Part shown: one piece after another, positions 52,501 to 64,000 of the stretch
Position numbering within the stretch: position 1 is the first letter of the stretch
Layout: every line of letters starts with the position of its first letter
DNA from: Trichoplax sp. H2
Taxonomy: Eukaryota
Reading direction: 5' to 3'
DNA length: 64,000 nucleotides
Assembly: GCA_003344405.1 (NCBI GenBank)
Contig: NOWV01000018.1
Coordinates: forward strand, 186,001 to 250,000
Program-made: the position numbers and the translations under genes
Notes under the pieces: model-generated
The model's database searches: none
What the model saw: only the letters and a program-made list of their open reading frames with translations
What the model was told of the DNA's origin: nothing

Positions 52501-55500
52501 ATATTATTAGTAGTAGTAAGGTTATCCTGTATTAAGTATATCTATCTTCTGTTGTAGTGATGATGAACATATCACATCTCTGTCTGAGTTCAGAGTTCAA
52601 AAGATAACAAATAGATATCCGGTTAGTATAAATTTCTCCTAATATCTTACCATTATTCAGTTTTTGCTATTCACAATTACTGAGGAGGTTAATATTGAGG
52701 CATATACATTGGTTATATTTAATTCTGCTAGGATCCGACTTCTCGCTTATTTTGCTTAACCGAAACCTGTATTATTGAACGAGATCCAGCAACTTATAAT
52801 ATTGTTACATGTCGGCCATTTGGCGATATTTATGCTTTAATCCGTTATTCTGACAATCCGCAAAAGTTTGCTGTAGAATATATTCGTGGTCAAATAAGAA
52901 AATATTATTCTACCGAAAGGTGATAAGCTACTATAAATATTTTATTTTCGTAGAAAGTTTACAGTTATATAATATATCATATTTTACACCATCTAGAGAT
53001 TCGCTTCTCGCAAGTGTTTTAGATGGAGCTAGAGCTGGTGGCAATTCTGAAGTTTGTGTTAAAATGCTCGAAACAAAGAGAGGATTAAGATTTGGACCAT
53101 TTCATTCTCCAGTAGATGAAGATATAGAAAGCTTACTTCTGAAATGGCTACAAACTCCGCCAAGTATGCAAAATAATGTATTCTTTGGTGGAGAACGTAA
53201 ATCTTTATATATTAATGTGAATATCATAATGTATATATCTCGTAGGCTCTGGTATCAGTGAGGCTATCGAACGTTTTAATGCCAACATATCATACAGCGG
53301 ATTATTGTATGCTGTAACGCAAGAAGTAAGTAAAATCTCAAAGTACTCACCTTAATTTCAGGGGTGCCTGTAATTGTTAATATTTAACTTAAATTTTATA
53401 GGGATTATTTGCTGAAAATAAAGAAAAGCTCATAAATGGAGCTCTTATTGCTTTCTTACTAAATGAGCGTAAGTTAAAAACCAACGGGTAGAGTAATTAC
53501 GTTATACTATACATATCTAATAGTTGTGTCACTGATGTAATTTTACAATATATGCATTAGGAAGCCATGATACTTTGTCGAATGATGAAATTGAAGCTCA
53601 GTTTCATGTCTTACGTCGCATAGTTGCATCAAAAATTGGATTTCAAGCATTTACTACATTACCTAGGTATTTATTTCCTGGCTTTAACCTAAAACGTTGC
53701 TTAATGCGGTACCATAATTGTTGAGATTTCAAACTTATACTTACACTGACTGAATTACTCGTAAAAATCACATTCTTCTATTAGTTTCCGTGAAAAAATT
53801 GGTGGCAAGATACTAAAATCCCTTAAAAGAAACAACGATGGAATTTCTCATGCTGCTATTGATATGTTATGTGCTTTAATGCAGGTAATGGTTTATAATT
53901 GAATAACAATCTATATCGAAATTTATAAAACTAAAACTGAAATACTTATATTTTAGCCTATGCATGCAAATTACGATCTCCGTCAAGAGCAGCTGAATAA
54001 ATCATCATTATTATCGTCTTCTTCTTTCGTGGAAAATTTGTTGAAACTACTAGCTAGCCACGTTGTATGTCCATTAGATATCAAGTACTTTGTAAACGTT
54101 GCTATGACAATTCACTAAAGCGTCCGTTTTGATTTAGGATCGCGGAACTGGAGCACTGGTCGTTAGTGCGTTACTAGATTTTATAACTTTCGCATTATGT
54201 GCTCCTTACAGGTGATATACGAGACAACAATACCTGATTTAAAATTTTATTTCTCATTACATCGCACTGTAGCTATAATTTCGTTGTGTAGTGATATATA
54301 AGCATTTACTAATTGATCTTTTTCATATGGACTTATGCGTAGTGAAACTACTGATGGAGCACAATTTGATACAGTATTGGAATTGGTAGCTGACCTCGGA
54401 AGATCATTCTTTAGATTATTTGAGGTAACCTATTACATTCGTAACGGAATAATATGTTTTTCGCTAGTTGTGATATTGAAAAAAACTTGTTTTTGTAGCA
54501 TCCTTCCCTTGCAATTCTGAAAGCTGCTGGGCTGATAATGAAGTCATTAATTGAGGTAAATAGGTTATATGAAAATATTTAATATAATCAAACCCTGGAT
54601 ATTGTACTTTAGTACCATGATGCAAATATTTCTGTCATCGTTAAATAGGAAGGCAATGAAGAAGTATCAACGAGACTCCAGGAACTAGCATTATCGGAAG
54701 GGGCTCTTCCCCGACATGTACATATTGCTATGTTTACAAGTAGTACGGACGGTAGAATGTTGACTTTAAGGTATAACTTGTATAGCATTGTAGTGTGATG
54801 GTAGTTCTTTTTGGTATGCGTTGTATTCAAGGCATACTAATAATTATACTTATTTAAAACTTTCGATAGGCAATTGAGTCGGCATCTTGTAAGCTTATGG
54901 ACTGAAGGAAATCCCAAAGCCATGGAACTATTTGGTAGAATACTGGTAAGCCATGAAAATGCCAGCATTGATTCATAATTATATTATCAAAACAGATAGA
55001 TTTATTAAATTACTAAAAATTAAAGTTAAGTAACTGGGCTTGATCGTAAATTCATTCATCACTCATACATAAATATTTAATTATTTCAATTATTAATTGA
55101 AAAATTTTATTTTATGTTAAACTAACCGTTATTTTCATATTATTCATATAGCCCGCTGGCTTAGTAGCATATCTAGAATCTTCTGATGTTGCTCCGGATG
55201 ACGATATTGATCGTATGCACGTCCGTGATAATATGAAGCTCGCTAAGGTTCATTATTGATTTAAAGTGAAGTGTGTGCACTGTATTCTAAGAAGTAGGTG
55301 GCAAGTTGTGAACATTTCTAAGTAATTTAGTTTATAATATTTACTAGGTCGCATCATCGAAAAATAAAAAAAGTTTACAGCGGCAACAGATTGAGGCGCT
55401 GCTTATACATTGGAAAACACGTCTTGGAAGGCAGAAACCAGAGGTAGACTGATTATTATAAATATCGTATCGCTATCTTAGCATTTCAGTACCGTGAATT

Positions 55501-58500
55501 TGTAGGTACATGGGTCAATAGTATTATATCAACTAAGAGTTCCTGTATTATTTTGATTAGCCAACTACTAACAGACCAGTAGTTTTACGAAAGCGTCGTC
55601 AAAGATTGAAAGTAGAATTAAACTGGCAGTATTTCTTTTACAAGTATGTAAAAGTTTAAATAAATTATCATTTCCTTTTGTCATCTTGGAGTTAACGTAA
55701 TAGAGGTTACAACTTACTTTATTAAACAGATTTTATGAAGACCACTCTAATGCTTGGTTAATATGGAATTACAAGGTTATATAAGATGACAATGTCGTAA
55801 ATCCTGAAATCTGTGTTTTGTACTCAGTGGGTTGTATTCCTTATTTTTAGACTAGGGAAGAATTAAGAGAAGCCTTAGAAATGGAGATGAGACTTTTCAT
55901 GCAAGATCGGGTGCGTTCGAACTTTAATTCTGTACTTGGTTTTACGTTCAGTTGTGTCAGTGACGTCTAATAATGTATTGGTAACTCATAGGAGCTCAGT
56001 CAAAAACAGATAATTTCTTGGAATCATGTTGAATTTGAAGTTCGCTATGAGAGCCTGTCTGAGGAAATCAAAATAGGTTAACAGAATTGAGTTACTTATA
56101 TTATCAGTATGTGGGAGTAGACAGTCTAACGTACTCATTATTCATGGCTTGAAATATTTTTATGTATTTAGGCGATTACTACCTTCGATTATTGCTGGAA
56201 GATGACGAATCTGTTCTTATTAAACAATCGTGAGTATACATCTTTAATAATACTGCTGTTACTTTTAACATTGATGAATTGTAAATATCTGAAGTACCAA
56301 TAAGCGTTCTTATCTTAATATAATTTCAGATATCAATTTTTTAATGACCTGTACCATCGATTCTTGCTATCCCCTAAACCACAAATGAAAGCATTATGCT
56401 TACAGGTAAGGATTTATCCAAGACAGTATAGGCATTATAATTGCCATGGCAGCTCTAAAAGTAGAGTAACTCTATTGAATCGAATAGTGTAATGTATTAA
56501 TTTAGTGATAACTATTGCTCTTTTTGGACATAGGCAATGGCAATTGTGTATGGAAAATGTTATGAAGAAATTGGTGTTTTCAATGATACGAGATATATTG
56601 TGAAAATGATAGAAAGGGTGAAGCTTTAAATAGATTTTTTTAGTTCGTGGTGTCTTGCTTTAATCAAATATTTATATCTTTTGATAGACTATCGACAAGC
56701 TAGAAAGAGACCGTTTACTATTTTTTGTCCATAAGCTTATTAATAGAAGAGTAAGATTGGATAATAGTATCGCCATTATTGTTCATTGTATATTGTATAT
56801 TGTCCTATGAGTCTTCAACACCATATTAACAGAAATATTTTATGTAGGAAAATGTTAAGGCTATAATGGATGCTAATGGAGTTAGAATTTTTGTTGATTT
56901 ACTTACTTTATCACATCTGCATGTTACAAGGGCAACCGTACCACTACAGGTACGACGTATAATTAAACTTTTCGTGAACTTATAACAATGCTGCAATGCG
57001 ATATTATATATTAACTCGATTCTTATTTTCGTTCGAAATATCATTAGACGAACGTCATTGAGGCTGCTCCAGATATGGCTAGAGATACAGAGAAGGAGTG
57101 GTACTATGGAAATGCGGACAAAGAAAGATTAGGACCTTTCAGTTTTAAAGAGGTATAGCACTGCATACTGTATACGTATATGTATCAAATCTAATGTAAT
57201 ATATATTAGATACAGCGTTCATCATATGTATTTTAAAATGCTTTAGATGAGAGAATTTTGGGCCAGTGACGTTTTGAGACCCACTACCCGTTGTTGGGCT
57301 CAAGGGATGGATGGATGGCGACCATTACATAGCATACCCCAGCTTAAATGGTGCTTAATGGCGACTGGTACGGCTGTAATGAATGAAACGGATATGGCTG
57401 TCTTAATTCTTAATATACTTAACAAAATGTGTGAATACTACCCTAACAAGTAAGTCTCCTTATGAGATAATGCTGTTTTCTATTCGTCCATTTACCAGAA
57501 TGAAACTACTATTATAGGGACGAAGATGGAGCAATTGTTCGTCCTATGCCTAGAATCAAGCGAATGCTAAGCGATCAGACTTGTTTGCCCCACCTTGTAC
57601 AACTATTCTTAACATTTGATCCTATTATTGTTGAAAAAACAGCCCTATTACTTCATTCTATCGTCATGGACAATCCAATCCTTCCGCGCTTATATTTATC
57701 TGGGGCTTTCTTTTTTATTATGATGTATACTGGGTCTAATGTTCTACCAATTGGTAAATTTCTTGTGGATACGCATAACAAGCAGGCATTTCGCTCAGAT
57801 GAGGAGCAACAAGCATCTGATGTTGTAAATCGTAGTATACTTAGTCAAATGTTACCAGAAGCTATGGTTTGTTATATTGAAAATTATGGCGCAAATAAAT
57901 TTGCCGAAGTATTTCTCGGCGAATTTGATACACCTGAAACTATTTGGAATACAGAAATGAGGCGAATGATGATTGAAAAACTTGCATCCCACTTGGCAGA
58001 CTTTACTCCCCGATTGCTTAGCAATACTAGGGCACTTTATCAGTATTGTCCTCTTCCAAGGCTTACATATCCGCAGCTGGAGAATGAACTATTCTGTAAT
58101 ATTTACTATCTCAGAGCTCTTTGCGACATTGCTAGATTTCCAGATTGGCCTATTAAGGATCCCATCAAACTTCTTAAAGATGTTCTAATGGAATGGAAAA
58201 AGGAAGTTGAAAAGAAAGGCTCGTCAATGTCAAGTGAGGAAGCATACAAAATTCTGGGATTAGAAACTGGTGTAGGCGGCCATGAAGAATCTAAAGTTCG
58301 TAAAGCCTATTTCAAATTAGCGCAGAAATATCACCCTGATAAAAATCCTGAAGGAAGAGAAATGTTCGAAACTATCAATAAGGCTTATGAGTTTTTAGGC
58401 AGCAAATCTGAGAAAAAGACCGACGGTCCGGACCCTAATAATATTGTCTTAGTCTTGAGGACTCAATCAATTTTATATTCAAGATATAAAGAGGATTTGG

Positions 58501-61500
58501 CTCCTTATAAATATGCAGGATATCCTATGTTAATTAAAACGATTAGATTAGAAACCCAGGATGATACTCTGTTTTCGAAGTCAGCTCCGTTATTGACTGC
58601 TGCTAGCGAGCTTGCCTATCATACGATAGATTGTTCGGCTTTGAATGCTGAAGAATTGAGAAGAGAGAACGGTTTTGAAGTGAGGTTTATCACGTTCTTA
58701 TATACTGTTATGAAAGGGTCAGGGTATTTAAAAAGTTCGTCATTTGTACTTATGTTAGGCTTTACAGGAAGCATTTGATAGATGCATTGCTGTTCTTGGG
58801 CCTTCAACAGAACCGGAATCTGTTTCAGTGCAGGTTATGATTTAATTCTTATACTCTTATTTGGCCAGATATTCAGTGATTGTGAAACTAAAATATGTTT
58901 ATAATTTCCTGTAGGTCTGTAAATACGTTATTCGTTGCTTCGAAGCATCTGCACAATTCGATGCCTGTCGCGAGAAGCTGCAAGAGCTGCCTATAGTTAT
59001 TAAGGATATTGCTAGAACTATGTACTTTAAGGTAAACTGTGGCTCTTCTCTGCTGTCGACTCTGTTGATATTGTATATGTAATGATTACAATAAATTAAA
59101 CAACGTCTGCTTTTTAGAATTTGACGGTCTTATGCACAACTGCAACTGATTGTGTGAGTGCGTTGGCAATAGACACCACTTTACAAGCACAAATGTTGGC
59201 CGTATGTATTTGCTTTATTTTGTAACTTAGATAGAAGAAATAGTAACTTATGGTAACTTAAAGATACTAAATTATTTGTAAATTATTTTTGAAATTCATA
59301 GGCTGGTGTAGTATGGCACTTGCTATTGTACCTGTTCAATTATGACTATACGCTGGATGAGGGTGGTGTCGAGGCTTCTACTGACACAAATCAGCAGCTT
59401 GTAGCTAATAATTTGGCTAAATTAAGTATCAGAGCTCTGATTAGACTAGCGGGTTTTCAAACTCCGGGTTCGTCATTTTTGATATCCGAAATCATCCTTA
59501 AATGTGTATGTAACCTTTGTAATTATTTTTTTCTTATTATTAGAACCAAGTATTGAAAAAACGCCAGATAACACTTCAATCAAGAAGTGCGTCAGCGCTA
59601 TGTTAACGCCCTATGTTACTAAACAGTTAGAATTGAAGGGATCTGTTGAGGTGATTTTTAATTACTAGATTATCACCAAATGGTAATTGTTGCTTAACGG
59701 ATGTATTTAATTCTTACTTTACTTTACTGTTTTATAGATTTTAAAGTTGTTAAACTCTAATTCTGAGAATCCGTATTTGATCTGGGATAATGCGACTAGA
59801 GCTCAATTGATTGATTATTTGGAGAAAGAGCAAAGTAGTATGATTAGAAGTGTAAGTATTTTAGCTCTTTTATGATATTGTAGAACGTTTCACGATCGTG
59901 TACTCTCTTGTTTTTAGGGAGAATGCGATCCATCGTACGGGAAAGATTTTACTTTTGATGCACATGAAAAAGAACTTATCATTGGAGATATTTTTGTTCG
60001 TATCTATAATAAACAATCATCATTTCCACTCGAAAATGGGGAACAATTTTGCTCCGATTTACTTAATTTCTTAGGTTCTGAAGCAGAGGTATGTGAAATC
60101 GAATGTCGTTAACATCATTGTTTTTTACCAAATACTGCAATTGTGGAGTTAGTTCATTTTGTACCGAGAAAGTAATAATTTTATCATATTTGTAGTACTT
60201 GCATTCACTAATGGCTTTGGCTGCTTCGGGACAAGAAGTTGATAGTAATTCTGCACGCCTTGTTAAAAGTGAAATGGCATTAGAAGCTTTGAGAAATGTT
60301 ATTAAGAACAACCCAGGTTATTGTTATGTTAAAAGAAGTCGCTTACTAGCATATTTGACTGTGTTATGTAAAATGATCTGATGGAGCTTTGCTATTTCAG
60401 CTTGCTCTGAACGATGCATCGGTCATTTCAAGCTTCTGTTTAGCCTATTGTGCATGGAAAGTGATGGCAATTTACAGCAAATGGCTCTTGAGGTATAATT
60501 ACAGTTATGCAATGCACTTCTATTAGTTCTGTCTGCTATTAGTTGTTACAAAATACTTAAAATTCGATCATATTTCTTCATTAACATTACATTTAGGTAA
60601 TCAATAATGTTGCCGGTAATAAGAAATGTGTGCAAGATATCGCTGATGCAGATGTTCTGTCGTATCTCTTCTTAGTTGTTGAGATGGCACCTGATAGTAA
60701 GACTTTTAGATAAACTTAAATTATCTTATTTCGCTAACATTTTACTCTAGAAGAAAAAGACATATTTAACTGCTTTTCTATATTGTCTAGGTCAAGTAAC
60801 AGTAATGGAAGTTCTTATCGCATTGTCATCTAACACTAAGATAGTAAAGGATTGCATGTCTAAAGGTGAACTGTTAACTCAGCTTATACTTTAAAATACT
60901 AGTTTTTTGAGACTTCAACATTGGATTGCATATCACTAACTACAAAACTAAATTTTTAATTTAGGTGCTGTAATATATCTGCTCCACTTATTTTGCAATT
61001 CTACATCACCAGAAGTTCGACAAAGTGCTGCAGAACTTCTCGCTAAATTAACCAACGATAAATTAGTTGGACCCAAGGTGAGTTTAACACATTTTAGGAA
61101 TTGATAATTAGAATGTACTAAAGTATGCTTATAACAAATTTTTAGGTCCGCATTTTATTGTCCAAGTTTTTACCGGTAATATTTATTGATGCTATGCGGG
61201 ACAGTGCTGAAGCTAGTGTCTATATGTTTGAAAGTAAGAAATTAAGTAGACGCTTGGTGATTTATATACAATAGTTTTATGGCTAGGTTCGATTTATTAT
61301 ATCTGTATTGACTGGGCTGCTTTCGGATTTATTTAAAGGTAGTCAAGAGAATCCTGAATTGATATGGAACGAAGAAACAAGAGAAAAAGTATCTAAAGTA
61401 GTTCAGAGAATGGAAAAAGATTTTTACCACAGGCAAAAAGATAATATATCCACTACTTGGAAGGTTAATATGCCTGCAGTACTGTGTTTAATTGTGAGGG

Positions 61501-62932
61501 TTTGTTTGTTTATTGAATTATTTTTCTTTATCTGTAGCTTCCCGAAAACTTTGCCATAGTTTACACCAACATTGAAGGTGAACTTACTGTTGGCGGAGTT
61601 TTCTTGCGCCTTTTTATTTCACAACCAGCTTGGGTACGTGCAGAATCTAGTAATTTTAATAAAAAATTTTCAGAGTACACGCTTAGAACCGTATTTCCGT
61701 ATAACTCCTATTGAACTGCTTTATTGACTTATGGTTAAATACTCCAGGTGTTACGAAAACCGAGAGAATTTTTAATAGCTCTAACAGAAAAATTTTCGCA
61801 ATTAATTGGGTCAACGGCACCGGATGTTAGTATCAGAAATATATATTAATCATTTCTCGATTATACTACGAGTTGTGACTGATAGTTACCCGAGGTTTTT
61901 TAATGTTTTTACTTATAATCGTTTAGACTGAAGTTTTAGAGACTGTTACCACTGCAATCGTTGCTTTCTTCAACGCTCAACCATTAATGATGGATCAGGT
62001 AAAATAATTTTCTTTGGGTTGATGTGTCTATTTGTGGTGCTGTTATGACTAACATTTGTATGATTGCTTCAGTTACCTAGCTTAGGACACATTCCACGCT
62101 TTTTTCAAAGCATGAGTTCTAGAAATGATGCCATACCTAAAGCTTCTGTCACTGTTGTGCACACGATTACCTCTAGTGATGTAAGTCAGATGATTAATTT
62201 TATTAGTAATACGAAATACGGTGTAAGGAAGATTCATATTTGATTATTTTTGTGTAATAAATTAACAGATTTGTATTAGAGCTATGACGGAGACCGAATG
62301 CATTGGTTCAGTTATGGTTGCAATGAAGAAAAGACCCGACATCATAGGGCTAGCTTGTGAGGCGTATTATAATATGTTTGAACACAAGGAAAGCGCTTTT
62401 GTTCAACAGGTTTGGAAAGAACGATTAGACATTATTATCGTCTGTAGCGCTTTCTTATTGTAATTTAATAATACTGCATAGGCCCTCAAAGCAGAAGTTG
62501 TACCATATTTACTGAGCTTACTAGATTGCGGCTTAGAAACTGTTCCGAACGCTGCTTCAACAAAGGCTCAGATTGTCAAAGCCCTCAAAGCTATGGCAAT
62601 GGATTTACAACACGGAGAACAGGTATAGTAAAAACTACTGGTAGCTAATGTTTCCTTAGAAATTCTTATTGTACAGAATCGGCTAACCTGAGTTCGTGTG
62701 CGAATGTTTCATAACTTAGATTGCCGCTATACTGGAACAGTCATCAGTTTGGGCGTCTTACAAAGATCAAAAGCATGATCTTTTTATTCAAGATACGAAT
62801 ATTGCTGGTTACTTAACTGGACCAGTTGGCACAGCGGGATATTTGACTGCAGGTCCTGCTCATAGTTCTAACTTACCTGATGCACCTCCGCCACTTCAAA
62901 ATTCTTCAATTCATCAAGAAGATGATGATTGA
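49544..62932 (+). CDS. DNAJC13: DnaJ homolog subfamily C member 13 / RME-8 (endosomal J-domain protein), roughly 60 exons
   Basis: N-terminal [37 protein letters not shown] repeats; GYF-2-like [20 protein letters not shown] domain with [11 protein letters not shown]-terminal [23 protein letters not shown]...PPP. Stop TGA at 62930-62932. Confidence 0.97.
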
Positions 62933-64000
62933 TTATGAAATACAGTTATGAACTAGGAGCTATATTTACAAGTACTCTATTAGATAGATACTCTTGAATC
63001 AGTGATAAATTGTACAGTAAATTTAGGGTAACGAGATAATTTACTCGCGTTTGATCTCGGATAATTTCTAAAGATCTTTTGTAAGGTTAATCAATTTTAT
63101 ATCAGTGAATTTAAAACAAATCAAATGCTCCTTATTTGCAATTATTTCTCTATTAAAAATCTTGATGATGTGATTTTATGTCAACTATAAACAGCGAATT
63201 TTACCAGATTTTTTACCGTCGTATTGTTCAATACAATATACAGTTGGCGTTCAATCTTAAAGTCCTTGGTGATGTGGTTTAAATGATTTTGTACAAGCGT
63301 ATAGTGAACAGTATTACGTTAGTGCTCTTCAATCTATTAGATTTGCTTTTCCAAGTTAAAATCACAATTTGTAACAACACTTTCTGTCCATAAAATTTAT
63401 GCAAAATTCTTATACGATAAACAGCATTGAGTCTATCCTAGAAAAATTTTGTCAGCTGTAATTGCCTACTGCGTTTATTCTTTCATTAGTCTATGAGTCT
63501 CGGTATAGTATGGATTCCTTGAAAACTAGTAAAATTTATCTTGTTGTACGTGTATTATCACCGAATAAACTAATAAACTTATCATAATTAATGAGATCAA
63601 TTAAAATAGTACAGTAGTCTGCTCACTTGTGAAATTATACTAAAGAAATAAAATTTATCATTTAAGATGTCTGCGAGTGTATAATATCCGACACTAGTAA
63701 ATTACTACCAGTAATTACTGTATATAATAATCTTAAAAGTACAGTATGCGTATTACCTGGTCAGCATTGGTATAGAGCATCATTGCTGACGATTATATAT
63801 ATGTAGTTATAATACTAATACAAGTATACTGTAATGATGTAGTTTCAGATAATCATGCAACTAGCGTTTCCAGCTTTCTAATTTGTTATACAGCATGCAG
63901 TATAGCTTTGAAATACGGATGTTTGGCTTAATTTGTATTTTAACGTTATTTAGCATCTCGAACCAGTTGCATGCTTCCATTCATAGCTCATGGCATAATC

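Noticed and set aside
49544-62932. Minor (U12/AT-AC) or GC-AG introns
   Set aside because: The junctions I inspected were ordinary GT-AG with no clear RTATCCTT donor; not checked exhaustively.
1-64000. tRNA, rRNA or snRNA genes
   Set aside because: None recognisable by eye. A covariance-model scan would be needed to exclude intronic snoRNAs.

Overview
AT-rich, intron-dense animal genomic DNA with mostly 70-150 bp GT-AG introns. The style is consistent with a compact non-bilaterian genome such as a placozoan, but that assignment is inference. Gene order: a 5'-truncated multi-exon OB-fold/Zn-finger gene that I spliced by hand and recognise as SHLD2/FAM35A-like (+; almost invisible in the ORF track), FAN1 (-), PPCDC (+), KXD1 (-), three tandem GPI-anchored alkaline phosphatases (+), ARP3 (-) and DNAJC13/RME-8 (+). 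Two observations stand out. First, a shieldin-subunit homolog occurs in what looks like an invertebrate genome, tail-to-tail with a FAN1 that has no visible UBZ and instead carries SIM and PIP motifs plus a ~100-aa triple repeat. Second, dense palindromic TACAG/CTGTA arrays sharing a 21-bp core sit at the 5' ends of the housekeeping genes and are absent from the phosphatase cluster, where two of three genes have TATA boxes. Exon boundaries were read by eye. Homology calls rest on remembered protein sequences, not database searches.
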